Below are positions 1-9,382 of a DNA stretch of 64,000 nucleotides, piece by piece. The position numbers and the translations under genes are program-made. This stretch comes from Bradymonadia bacterium (GTDB taxonomy: Bacteria; Myxococcota_A; Bradymonadia; UBA7976; UBA1532): contig JBKAGE010000082.1 in the NCBI GenBank assembly GCA_046290225.1, positions 64,001 through 128,000 on the forward strand. The letters run 5' to 3'. The notes under the pieces are model-generated. The model saw only the letters and a list, made by a program, of their open reading frames with translations. It was not told where the DNA came from and did no database searches. How positions within the stretch are numbered: position 1 is the stretch's first letter; every line of letters starts with the position of its first letter.

Positions 1-380
1 TGTATCGACAAGATGTATTGCCCATCGGCATACACGCTCTGGGTACACATGCGCTGACGCCCGGGGGCGCCCTCGAGTTCGATCTGCAGGTGGTGAACAT
101 GGACCGCCCGGCAAATCTGGGGGTGGAGCTGCCCGAGCACGTCGCCAACCGCGCGCTGAACGCCATCAAATTGTCGAGTGACGAGGGGAGCCTGCTGTGG
201 AGCCCGGTGCACCAGGCCGGCGAGGCCACCACGTTCAAGACATATGCAGGCGGATATCACGCGACGCTCTATAGTCACCACGCCGCAGACGCAGAGGGCA
301 CCATCGGCCTCGAGGGGCTGTGGATCCCCAACAGCTTCGAGGCCAGGGTACCCTTGGGCACCATCTGCCTCGGGGAGTAA
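1..380 (+). CDS. hypothetical protein, C-terminal part (runs off window start)
   Basis: Frame is open from base 3 to TAA at 378-380 with GC-rich third positions; no recognisable motif. Confidence 0.6.
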   Translation, partial: YRQDVLPIGIHALGTHALTPGGALEFDLQVVNMDRPANLGVELPEHVANRALNAIKLSSDEGSLLWSPVHQAGEATTFKTYAGGYHATLYSHHAADAEGTIGLEGLWIPNSFEARVPLGTICLGE

Positions 381-382
381 TC

Positions 383-874
383 TCAGCCGGCGAAGTCGGA
401 GACGTCGAGCTCGATCTCCTTCGCCTGCGAGTGGTCGGTCTGAACGATCAGCTTTTCGCCGTCGACCTTCATCTCCAACACGTTGCCCTTCCCAGAGAAG
501 AACATCACCTTCTTCTCGCCGTAGACCCCGCTCACCTCAGTCATCTGCCCTTGTGACATCACCCCTTCGATCTTGGGGGTGAGCACCAGGGTGACGTTGC
601 CGTTCTTGATGCGGTGCTCTTTCTCGAGCTCGAGGGTGAAGCGACCATCGGCGCCGATGTTGAAGGCGGTGACGCTGTCGGGGATCAACCCTCCGAGGGG
701 CAACCCGAACTGCTCCAGAGCCGCCCGAGCCTGCTGAGCCGGGCTCTTGAGCGTGCGCAGATACTCTGTCTGAGCGTTGCGTTGATCGAGGTCCTGAGTG
801 CCGGTGTGCCCAGCAGACTCCGCGCCTGTCTGTCGCTCACCCTCGGTGCTGCTGTGTTGGATGTGCTTTGCCAT
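383..874 (-). CDS. DUF538-like domain protein with polar N-terminal leader
   Basis: Start taken at ATG 874 (MAKHIQ). ALEQFGLPLGGLIPDSV..DGRFTLEL..KIEG..GQMTEVSGV..K..FF..EMKVDGEKL resembles the DUF538 pattern (LxxxGLPxGLLPxxV...ItG.l..G.i..lsGV..K.lf). Confidence 0.6.
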   Translation of the reverse strand: MAKHIQHSSTEGERQTGAESAGHTGTQDLDQRNAQTEYLRTLKSPAQQARAALEQFGLPLGGLIPDSVTAFNIGADGRFTLELEKEHRIKNGNVTLVLTPKIEGVMSQGQMTEVSGVYGEKKVMFFSGKGNVLEMKVDGEKLIVQTDHSQAKEIELDVSDFAG

Positions 875-941
875 ACACGCACTGTATGCGTTTGAAGCGT
901 CTCTGCCAATCGGCGAAGTGATTCGTGTGTTGGCGACGCGC

Positions 942-3452
942 TCACAGCCGCACGACCAGCAGTGGCACTGAAGGTTCGAGTCGGTAGACCCCCTCATGTT
1001 TCCCCACGACCCCTTTGAGCCCCATCTTTCTCAATGTGCTCAACGCCACGTGCATGCGATTGGTCCCCGCCTCTGGGAGCATCTTCTCCCCAGGCCAGCC
1101 GGCGTCGAGGATCTCCTCTCGGGTCAGGCCGCTCGCAGCGCGACGGCGAGCTCGGGCCAGCCCCCAGAGCACCCGCGCCACCACAGGCCTGGGGCTCAAG
1201 TCCTGCCATGATCCCCCAGGGCCCTTGAGACGTACGCCCCCAGCACCCACCACCACCGCCTGCTCACGGCGCCGGACCTCTTCGAGCACACCGGACATCA
1301 CCCTGCACGCGAGGCGTACCTCGTCGGATTGAGCGCGCCAGATCTCGGCTGCCCGCAGGGCATCCTCCAAAACACCCTCGGCCTGCAGCAGGGCTTCTTC
1401 TGCCCCCTCGGCCCACGCAGACAACCCCTGAGCCAACGCTTCACCGTGGGCATAGATGCGCACCGCTTCGGCAAAGGCCGGCCCATGCACGACCGGCGGA
1501 CCCTCGACGAATGCTCTACGGCCCATGAGCACCGCAGCGGCGACCCCTGCCTCAGCACACAAGCCCTGATGCGGGCGATCTCCAGCGCGACCGAGGACCT
1601 GCACCGCCTCGGCATACCGCACGTCAGCATCGGCCCAGGCACCAGACTCGAAGGCCAGCCCCGCGAGATCGCCCAAAGTGATGCCCTCGTACCGACGGCG
1701 GCCCAGCTCGCGGTGAATCTGCAGCCCGACCTCGAGATCACAGCGGGCCCCATCGAGATCGCCCGCCGCCTGCAGCACCAGGGCTCTGTTGGTGCGCATC
1801 TCCCCTTCTGCTGCTTTGTCCCGCGCTGCCTGAACCAGAGGCAGCGCTTCGTCGAAGGCTCGGCGGGCCTCTTCGATGCGCCCGCCCTCGAACATCAGGC
1901 CCGCGAAGTGCGCCAGCACCTGGCCACGCAGCGCCCCCGTGGCGCCGTCGAGCGCCTCGCGGTATCCCGCTTCAGCCTCATCGATGCGGCCATCCATCCG
2001 GGCCACGCTCGCTCTCAGCCAGCCCCAGTGCGCCCTCGCCAGAGCCTCGGTGGTGGTGGGGATCTTCCGATCACTCTCTAAGCCTTCGAGGCGGCCCGCG
2101 AGCATGCCGATCATCTCTTCAGCGTGTTCGGTCATGCCGAGGATGATGCGTTGTCGCGTGCACAGGCACAGCAACTCGAACTGGTCGATGGCCGAGCCCA
2201 CTTCTGATTCGAGGAGCGTTGGCAGCAGCTCGAAGATCTGCTCCACCTGATCGAGAGGCCCCCGGGTGACATAGAGTCGCGCCAGGAAGCGCGCCGCTAT
2301 GAGCCGGCTCACTGGGGGCGAGGATGCATCGAGCAACACCACGACGAGGTTGGCCGACTCACCGGCGATCCGGGCCACGGCACCTGGGTGCTCGGGGCTC
2401 AGCTCGCCGAGGACCACCGCCCCATCTGCATACAGCGCTCGGTGGGCCGCTTCTGCCTGGGCGCGAGCCCCCCGCTCATCGAGCATCGACGCCGCAAAGG
2501 CGCGGATGCTGTCATAGAACGACAGTCGCTCCCCGGTAGGGGTGGACATGCTGCGGAGCAACGAGACCGACTTGAGCGCCCGGATCGCCCGAATCGTCTG
2601 CACCATCCCCATGCCCCGCGTCGCCATGAGCGCTTCCACCGCAGAGAGCGTGAAGCCCCCGTGAAACACCGCACACCACGCCATGATCTCAGCGGTGTCT
2701 TCATCAAGCAGGCGGACCGAGCCCTCGATGGCGGCCCTCAAGGTGCGATGGCGGGCTACGGCATCCCTCGGACCAGCGTCGAGCAGTTGCAGCCTCTGAT
2801 CCAGGCGGCTGAGGATCTGCCTCGGGGTGAGCACGTCGACGAGGGCTGCGGCCAGCTCGATGGCCAGCGGGATCCCGTCGAGGGCACGGACCAGGGCCTC
2901 CACATCATCGAGCTCGGCTTCGAAGTCATGGCGGTGGCGCCGGGCCCGAGCCATGAAGAGTTCCACTGCGGGCCCACCCTCCGGCACCCCGGCGCTCTCC
3001 AGAGGCTCCAGCGTGTAGACCTGCTCTGTGGCCAGGGACAGCGGGCTTCGAGAGGTCACGAGGCAGGTGAGGCTCGGCGCCGCCTTCAACCAGGGGGCCA
3101 CGGTCTCGACGCCAAAGGCCACGAGGGTGTCGAAGTTGTCGAGGACCAGCAACAGCTCGCCCCGCTCGGCGAGGGCCTCGCCGATGGCCACTCCTTGCGA
3201 GGGGACCGATACCCCCTGTGCCGTGAGCGCCACGGCAACCGCCGTGTAGATGTCGTTGAGCCCCTCGCAGGTGTCGAGGTGCACGACCAGAGCGGCGCCG
3301 GGCCACGTGTCTTCGGCGAAGGCACGGGTCAGTCGGGTCTTCCCCATGCCCCCAGGGCCCACCACCGTCACCAGCCTGCCCGCCGACACGAGCGACGTCA
3401 GGGCCGCCAGATCAGCAGATCGGCCGAAGAGCGGACCCGGTGTCGATGCCAT
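942..3452 (-). CDS. STAND/NB-ARC-type ATPase with TPR repeats and C-terminal winged-helix domain
   Basis: Walker A GPGGMGKT, Walker B LLVLDNFD, VTSR, LDGIPLAIELAAA; TPR-like helices; C-terminal REEILDAGWPGE..NRMHVALSTLRK wHTH. Confidence 0.9.
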   Translation of the reverse strand: MASTPGPLFGRSADLAALTSLVSAGRLVTVVGPGGMGKTRLTRAFAEDTWPGAALVVHLDTCEGLNDIYTAVAVALTAQGVSVPSQGVAIGEALAERGELLLVLDNFDTLVAFGVETVAPWLKAAPSLTCLVTSRSPLSLATEQVYTLEPLESAGVPEGGPAVELFMARARRHRHDFEAELDDVEALVRALDGIPLAIELAAALVDVLTPRQILSRLDQRLQLLDAGPRDAVARHRTLRAAIEGSVRLLDEDTAEIMAWCAVFHGGFTLSAVEALMATRGMGMVQTIRAIRALKSVSLLRSMSTPTGERLSFYDSIRAFAASMLDERGARAQAEAAHRALYADGAVVLGELSPEHPGAVARIAGESANLVVVLLDASSPPVSRLIAARFLARLYVTRGPLDQVEQIFELLPTLLESEVGSAIDQFELLCLCTRQRIILGMTEHAEEMIGMLAGRLEGLESDRKIPTTTEALARAHWGWLRASVARMDGRIDEAEAGYREALDGATGALRGQVLAHFAGLMFEGGRIEEARRAFDEALPLVQAARDKAAEGEMRTNRALVLQAAGDLDGARCDLEVGLQIHRELGRRRYEGITLGDLAGLAFESGAWADADVRYAEAVQVLGRAGDRPHQGLCAEAGVAAAVLMGRRAFVEGPPVVHGPAFAEAVRIYAHGEALAQGLSAWAEGAEEALLQAEGVLEDALRAAEIWRAQSDEVRLACRVMSGVLEEVRRREQAVVVGAGGVRLKGPGGSWQDLSPRPVVARVLWGLARARRRAASGLTREEILDAGWPGEKMLPEAGTNRMHVALSTLRKMGLKGVVGKHEGVYRLEPSVPLLVVRL

Positions 3453-3601
3453 GGCAGACTCCAGCGCAGTGGCGGCCCACTCTTACCAGAAGGGGGGCAA
3501 CTTCGTCCTGCATCTCGACATCAGATGAGAGCCATTCTTCCCCTCGGTGTCCGGTGAGACTGAATGGATCCCTCTGCCCGAGGCGTGATACCCCCGGAGG
3601 C

Positions 3602-4117
3602 ATGACTTCGCACGATCTCAGAGCAGCAGCCCGGGCCTTCGCCATCGAGGCCCACGGCGATCAACGCTACGGTGACGACCCATATGCGACCCATCTCGAT
3701 GCCGTGGTGAGTATTCTCGACACACATGGCTTCGAACACATGGCCATCGCGGGTTATCTACACGACACCCTGGAAGACACCGACGTCACCTTCGATGACA
3801 TCTGCACCCGCTTTGGTGAGCAGGTGGCGCGTGCAGTGGCCTTCTGCAGTGATGCGCCAGGACCAAACCGCAAATTACGCAAGGCGGCCACCTATGCCCG
3901 AATGAGGCGCGACATCGAAATCGGCGGCGACTACATCGAGATGGCGGTGGTGACAAAAGTCGCCGATCGACTGGCCAATGTCACAGCCAGCTCGATCAAG
4001 GGAGACAGGCGATTGGAGATGTATCGTGAGGAGCAGCAAATGTTTCGTGCGTCACTGTTCATCCCAGAACAGTGTGACCCACTATGGTTCAGCATCGAAG
4101 ATCACCTCACCAGATGA
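3602..4117 (+). CDS. stand-alone RelA/SpoT-type HD hydrolase (small alarmone hydrolase, Mesh1-like)
   Basis: GGAGG RBS before ATG 3602; AHGDQRY..PYATHL, LHDTLEDT and KVADRLAN motifs. Confidence 0.85.
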   Translation: MTSHDLRAAARAFAIEAHGDQRYGDDPYATHLDAVVSILDTHGFEHMAIAGYLHDTLEDTDVTFDDICTRFGEQVARAVAFCSDAPGPNRKLRKAATYARMRRDIEIGGDYIEMAVVTKVADRLANVTASSIKGDRRLEMYREEQQMFRASLFIPEQCDPLWFSIEDHLTR

Positions 4118-4739
4118 GGGAGCCCTCGGTCTCGTCGAATTCACCATCCAGCGTGGTGGCCAGAGGCCGAATCGAGCGCTCGACACAGTGCAGTCGGGGA
4201 CCCCACCAGGCCGGCCGGTGCCATTGATAAACGGCAACGCTCATGCCTCCAGTGAAGCGGTAGCTGCCGCCATGCTCTCGCTGCCAGGCCTCAAACATGA
4301 AGTAGGCGATCTGAAGGGCCTCCCACATGCTCTCCGACTCGACCCCGAGGGAGATTACCTGACTGGCCGGCACAGAAAAAGTGTTCAATCCCCAGTCGTT
4401 ACGACCGAGCGGCAAGGGCGAATCCTGAATATCGTGCAACGCCAGACTGGCCTGAGCACCCGGCTGTGGCATGGCCCCATGAAACCGCACGATCAAGGGT
4501 GAATCCGGGCGTCGTCCATACTCGGCGAAGGCGTCGAGCAACCCTCCCCAGTCTTCCTCACCCAAGGCACCGTACACAGACTGCTGATCGGTACACATGA
4601 CCCGACCTGCCGGACGCCAGCGGGTTTTGAGCGCGCCTGGGGTCGTGGCCGACCACGTCGCCTCGGACCAGCTGCGATCGTCGCTGGGCCCCGAGCATAA
4701 TGTGTGGGTGGAAATATTTACCCCAGTCAAAGTTTTCAT
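4107..4739 (-). CDS. hypothetical protein
   Basis: 210-aa ORF with a G-run RBS that fills the gap downstream of pal; Trp-rich, no known motif, less GC-biased codons. Confidence 0.55.
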   Translation of the reverse strand: MKTLTGVNISTHTLCSGPSDDRSWSEATWSATTPGALKTRWRPAGRVMCTDQQSVYGALGEEDWGGLLDAFAEYGRRPDSPLIVRFHGAMPQPGAQASLALHDIQDSPLPLGRNDWGLNTFSVPASQVISLGVESESMWEALQIAYFMFEAWQREHGGSYRFTGGMSVAVYQWHRPAWWGPRLHCVERSIRPLATTLDGEFDETEGSLIW

Positions 4740-4940
4740 ACCCCCCCTGATGGAGCGTGTCGAAATATTACGCTCCAGTGGCGATGCATACGTCGTGCCA
4801 CACGTAATACATGCACATCATCGCATGCACATCGCTCACCCGAGCGATTTCGACTCCAAACCATTTTGATACAGATCGGGCATCATCGAGCAGACAGCGC
4901 GCGAGGTGGGTTCATCGTGCGGGTCACACGACTGGAGGGG

Positions 4941-5672
4941 TCACTGCTTCCGGAATTCCACTCGACGATTCCGGGCATGGGCCGACTCAGTCTCTCCATA
5001 ATCGATGAGGCTCTCCTCACCATAGCTGAGCATGATCATGCGCTCATTGGGCACACCCAGTGATCTCAGGTACTTCATCACCACCTTCGACCGCCGCTCG
5101 CCGAGGGCGAGGTTGTACTCCGAGCTGCCTCGCTTGTCGCAGTGGCCTTCCACCACCACCCTCGACTCTGCCTGCTTGTTCATCCAGGCGGCGTTTTCTG
5201 CCAGAGTGCGCCGCGCCTCCGGGGTCAGATCGAAGGCGTTGTAGTCGAAGAAGATGGTCTGCAGCTCACCTGCGTTGTCGGAGATCTCCACCGTGTTGGT
5301 GCCGGCGTTGGGATCGATGACCTCGTCCACACTGGCCGTGGGCTGGTTGGCCTCGTTGAGCTCGCGCTCACACTCTTCTTTGCGCGCGAGGGCTTTTTGC
5401 TGGGCCTTCTCGGCGAGCTTGCGCGCGGCGCGGGCGCTCTGCTCTGCCTTGTCGTAATCCTCCTCGGCGAGCTGCTCGTTGGCCTTGTCCATCATGCGCT
5501 GGGCCGCGGCATATTCTTCGGGGGCGCACTTCTCTGCAAGCCGGGCATCGGCGAGGGCGCCTTCTGCTTCGGCGAGGGTCTTGGTCGGTGGACCCCCACA
5601 GCCGGCGCCGACGAAGAGCAGGGTGGCGAGGGACAACGTGGTGAAGGGCAGGGCACGGTGGGAGCGGATCAT
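4941..5672 (-). CDS. pal: peptidoglycan-associated lipoprotein Pal with DUF4398-like helical N-terminal extension
   Basis: Lipobox GAGC; OmpA-like domain IFFDYN, VEGHCDKRGSSEYNLALGERR, SYGEE, NRRVEF; last gene of tol operon. Confidence 0.92.
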   Translation of the reverse strand: MIRSHRALPFTTLSLATLLFVGAGCGGPPTKTLAEAEGALADARLAEKCAPEEYAAAQRMMDKANEQLAEEDYDKAEQSARAARKLAEKAQQKALARKEECERELNEANQPTASVDEVIDPNAGTNTVEISDNAGELQTIFFDYNAFDLTPEARRTLAENAAWMNKQAESRVVVEGHCDKRGSSEYNLALGERRSKVVMKYLRSLGVPNERMIMLSYGEESLIDYGETESAHARNRRVEFRKQ

Positions 5673-5750
5673 GATGCCTCCAGAGTCCGAATCAGAACTG
5701 TCGAAGGAAACCCCCTGACAGGGCAACCTTCTGAAGAGAGTCTGTGAAGC

Positions 5751-7085
5751 TCAGCGGCCCCAGCTCGGGGTGAGGTACGACCCCTTGCCCATGCTCACCA
5801 TGTTCTGAATCCGCCCGTCGGCGGTCATCACGTAGAGCTTGGGCTCGCCGGTGCGGGTGCTGGTGAAGGCGACATAGCGCCCGTTGGGGGACCACGTGGG
5901 CTCTTCGTTGTTGCCCTGCCCCTGAGTCAGGCGGGCGATCTGCCCGGTGCCCACGTTCACGGTGAAGATGTCGAACTTGTTCCGCTCGTCACGGGCCGTG
6001 AAGGCGATGAGATCACCCCGGGGGTTCCAGTCAGGGGTCTGGTTGTAATCCCCCTGGAACGTGACGCGGCGGGCGTTGCTGCCGTCCCACTTCATCACCC
6101 AGATCTGCGGGCTGCCGTGGCGATCGCTCACAAAGGCGATTTGCTGACCGTCCGGGGACCAGCTGGGGCTGGTGTCGATGCCGTACGAGTTGGTCAGCCG
6201 CTTGATGACGTCGCCGGTCTTGGGGTTGAGCAGGTAGATCTCGGCGTTGCCGTCTTTGCTGAGCACGGCGGCGACGTACTTGCCGTCGGGGCTCATCACG
6301 GCGCCGGTGTTCAGGCCCCGGTACTGGGTGTAGGGCCGGGACTTGCCGCCCTCGAGCACAAAGAGGCTGGGGTTCCGGTTCCGGAAGCTGGTGTAGAAGA
6401 TGCGCCCCTTCGTGTAGTTGGGGATCATGTTGATGGTCTTGTCGTTGGTCAGCTTGGTCTCGTCGCTGCCATCGGGGGCCACGCGGTAGAGCTCTTTGTT
6501 TTTGCCCACCCGCTTCACGTACACGATGTAGTTTTGGAAGAAGCCCTCGGTGCCGGTGAAGTGCTTGATGACCTGGTTCACGAAACCGTGGGCGTGGTAC
6601 CGCAACTTCGAGGGCTCAAGGGGCAGCTTCTGGGGCTTGTCGTAGGGCGGGGGCAGGCTGACGCGCTGATCTTTGTCCACGGCGTAGAGGCGCATGTCCA
6701 CGGCGACGCTGTTGCCGATGATGGTGTAGCCCACCTTCACGAGACCCTGGGCGCCGATGTTGAACCAGTTGTTCATCTTCGGGCTCATGCCCTCGGCCTT
6801 GGGATCACCGAGGAACCCCTTGGGGTCGAGCAAGTCGAAGTAGCCGGCGATCTTGAGGTCGCGGTTGACGGTGCCGGTGAGGGCCTCGGTGACGCCCCGG
6901 GTGTCGGGCACGTCGCCGAGGTTGAGAGCCTCGGGCACAGCCACGGTGTAGAGGGTCATCTGGCCCTCGGGGTTGATGGTGATGGCGCCGTTGTCGTCGC
7001 CGTCCTGAGCGGCGGCGGTAGAGGCGCCGAGGGCCATCACGGCGCCCAACACGAGAAGCGCCTTGAGCGCTGACATCAACTGCAT
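5751..7085 (-). CDS. tolB: Tol-Pal beta-propeller protein TolB
   Basis: Signal peptide, TolB N-domain (DLKIAGYFDLL), PD40 repeats (SPSWSPDGQQIAFVSDR, PTWSPNGRYVAFTS); operon context. Confidence 0.93.
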   Translation of the reverse strand: MQLMSALKALLVLGAVMALGASTAAAQDGDDNGAITINPEGQMTLYTVAVPEALNLGDVPDTRGVTEALTGTVNRDLKIAGYFDLLDPKGFLGDPKAEGMSPKMNNWFNIGAQGLVKVGYTIIGNSVAVDMRLYAVDKDQRVSLPPPYDKPQKLPLEPSKLRYHAHGFVNQVIKHFTGTEGFFQNYIVYVKRVGKNKELYRVAPDGSDETKLTNDKTINMIPNYTKGRIFYTSFRNRNPSLFVLEGGKSRPYTQYRGLNTGAVMSPDGKYVAAVLSKDGNAEIYLLNPKTGDVIKRLTNSYGIDTSPSWSPDGQQIAFVSDRHGSPQIWVMKWDGSNARRVTFQGDYNQTPDWNPRGDLIAFTARDERNKFDIFTVNVGTGQIARLTQGQGNNEEPTWSPNGRYVAFTSTRTGEPKLYVMTADGRIQNMVSMGKGSYLTPSWGR

Positions 7086-7099
7086 GGTGTATTTCTTTC

Positions 7100-7981
7100 T
7101 CAACTGCCACCCCCGCCGCACTTTTGCTGCAAGACCATGCCTCGACGAAGCACGTCTTTCTTGAGCCACTCTTCTGTGGGCAGCACGATCGAGTTGGGCG
7201 CGTCCTCACCAAAACGCCTCACAGCAGCCACGAAGGCGCTGTCGCACGATTTGTTACCGCTGGACTTGATCACCCGAGGGTTCGAGGTTTTGCCATCCGC
7301 ATCGATGGCGAACTTCACGCGGACCACCTTCTTGCGGTCTTCACGGGGAATCGGGGGGATCTTGAGCTGCCGGCCGACGATGCGGTTCACCCGGGCGATG
7401 TAGCGCTGCTTCTCGGTGACCTGCCCCGTGTTGCTGTTACCGCCGACGAGACCGTCCTTACGACCTTGTTTGGGGCTGTCCTCGACGCCCCGGTCGTCTT
7501 TATCGAGGGAGTCCCAGATGTTGTCGGTCTTCTTCTTCAGATCTTCTTTGCGCTGGCGATCACGCTTCCGCTTCTCGGCGCGCTCTCGCTGCTTTTGCTT
7601 TTCGCGCTCTTTCTCGCGCTCGCGGGCCTCAGCGGCGGCGATCTCCTCCAGGCGCTTCTTCTCTTCTTCAGCCTTCTTGCGCTTCTCTTCTTCGCGCTCA
7701 CCCGTCTTGATGACGTTGTCGACGGGCGGTGGAGGCGCTGGCGCTTTCTTGATGATGTCGGGGAGCGCGGTCTTGGGCTTCACCTCAGGCTCAGGCGCGT
7801 ACTTGGGCACCATCTCCACCCACGTGACGTCCATGGTGGGCTCAGGGGGGTTCGCCTCATCGGACATGCCCGCGTAGGCCATGCCCGCGAAGAGTCCCAC
7901 GTTCACCAGCGCGCTCGCGAGGATGCCTGCGAGGTTGAGGCCTGTATCCGGGGGATTACGCTGGTATCGATCAGGACTCAC
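7100..7981 (-). CDS. tolA: TolA/TonB family energy transducer
   Basis: N-terminal TM helix, Pro-rich then E/K/R-rich helical linker, TonB-C domain (IDADG..VIKSSGNKSCD); lies between tolR and tolB. Confidence 0.8.
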   Translation of the reverse strand: MSPDRYQRNPPDTGLNLAGILASALVNVGLFAGMAYAGMSDEANPPEPTMDVTWVEMVPKYAPEPEVKPKTALPDIIKKAPAPPPPVDNVIKTGEREEEKRKKAEEEKKRLEEIAAAEAREREKEREKQKQRERAEKRKRDRQRKEDLKKKTDNIWDSLDKDDRGVEDSPKQGRKDGLVGGNSNTGQVTEKQRYIARVNRIVGRQLKIPPIPREDRKKVVRVKFAIDADGKTSNPRVIKSSGNKSCDSAFVAAVRRFGEDAPNSIVLPTEEWLKKDVLRRGMVLQQKCGGGGS

Positions 7982-8523
7982 TGCTCACCTCCCTCAGTGG
8001 CACCGCCGCCGGGCGCATCGGCCCCGGGGCCGCCCGCTGCAGCCCCTGGAGGCAGAGTCACCATGCCCAGGCGGGTGATGCCCGCCGTCTTGATCCGATT
8101 CATCACGTCGGCCACGAAGCCGTAGGGCAGATCGCGGTCGGCCTGAATCAGTACGTGCTGGGCCTCGGTCAGGTTCTTGTTGAGGCTCAACTTTTCGGAC
8201 AACGGCTTGAGGCAGTCCTGGTAATCCGGGCCATCAATACACGGCGCCAGAATCAGGCTCTTCTCTTGAGACTCGCTGAACTTGATGCTGATGGCCCGGC
8301 TGCGCTCCACGATCAAGATGGCCACGCCATCATCATCAGCATTGAGAGGCTCCGCCGCCACATTGGGCACGTTCACCTCGACCTTGCGCTGCTTCATCTC
8401 GTCGACGATGACCGGGGTGGTCACCATGAACACCACCAACAACACCAACATGACGTCGACGAGGGGGGTGACGTTGATCTCGCTTAGACCGCGGCGGGGG
8501 CCCCCGCCAGTGGACATGCCCAT
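7978..8523 (-). CDS. tolR: TolR/ExbD family protein
   Basis: SEINVTPLVDVMLVLLVVFMVTTP and IQADRDLPYGFVADVM motifs. Confidence 0.92.
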   Translation of the reverse strand: MGMSTGGGPRRGLSEINVTPLVDVMLVLLVVFMVTTPVIVDEMKQRKVEVNVPNVAAEPLNADDDGVAILIVERSRAISIKFSESQEKSLILAPCIDGPDYQDCLKPLSEKLSLNKNLTEAQHVLIQADRDLPYGFVADVMNRIKTAGITRLGMVTLPPGAAAGGPGADAPGGGATEGGEQ

Positions 8524-8537
8524 GACCGCCTCCTAGC

Positions 8538-9263
8538 TCACTTGAAGAAGTGGCGCTTCACGATGTTGAGGAAGTCGTTCGAGAAGTTGTCCATGTCGGC
8601 GGTGAGCACGCGGATGCGGTTCACAAAGTAGTTGTACGCCGCCACGGCGGGGATCGCCGCCACGAGGCCGATGGCCGTGGCGATGAGGGCCTCGGCGATG
8701 GGCGGGGCCACCGTGTCGAGGGTGGGGTTGCCGTCAGTGGCCTCGGCGATGCGCAAGAAGGCGTACATGATGCCCCACACCGTGCCGAAGAGGCCGATGA
8801 AGGGGGCCGCCGAGGCGGTGGTGGCCAGGAACGGTGTCAGGCGCTCGAGGCTGATCTCCTCGGCGTTCTGGGCTCGGCGCAGGGCGCGCTCCACGCTCTC
8901 CATGTCGCCGAGCTGGTGGCCCATGGTGTCGGTGCCGTCCTTGCTCTTGAGCTTGCTCAGCTCCACGTAGCCTGCTTTGAAGACCTGGCTCGTGGGGCTG
9001 TGCTTGAGCTGCTGGCTCGCCTGGTAGATCTCGTCGAGGCGCTTCGACTGCCAGAAGATGTCGAGGAACTGGTTCGACTCGTTCTTGGCCCGGCGCAGAT
9101 AGATGTATTTGTAGGCGATGATGTACCAGCTCACGAATGACATGAGCACCAGCAACACCAGCACCCCCTTCACCACCGGGGTGGCTTCGGCGAGCAGGTT
9201 CATCAGGCTGAACTCTTTGCCGTCGGGGGCGGCGGTGATCAGCTGAACGAAGATGGGATCCAT
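8538..9263 (-). CDS. tolQ: TolQ (MotA/TolQ/ExbB family)
   Basis: [21 protein letters not shown] and [23 protein letters not shown]; start taken at ATG 9263. Confidence 0.95.
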   Translation of the reverse strand: MDPIFVQLITAAPDGKEFSLMNLLAEATPVVKGVLVLLVLMSFVSWYIIAYKYIYLRRAKNESNQFLDIFWQSKRLDEIYQASQQLKHSPTSQVFKAGYVELSKLKSKDGTDTMGHQLGDMESVERALRRAQNAEEISLERLTPFLATTASAAPFIGLFGTVWGIMYAFLRIAEATDGNPTLDTVAPPIAEALIATAIGLVAAIPAVAAYNYFVNRIRVLTADMDNFSNDFLNIVKRHFFK

Positions 9264-9353
9264 GTGGGCTACCTGTACGCGTTCAGGGGTGGTTTCAAGG
9301 GCGTCGTTTCGCCTCACACCGATGGTTTCGGGCGGGGCGCGGGCGCCGGGGCG

Positions 9354-9382
9354 CAGGTAGCACGGGGCCTGTCCACCGTCAA
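9354..9382 (-). promoter_or_regulatory. putative sigma70 promoter of tol-pal operon
   Basis: Minus strand reads TTGACG-17 nt-TACCTG with a TG extended -10 element, ~90 nt upstream of tolQ. Confidence 0.45.
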
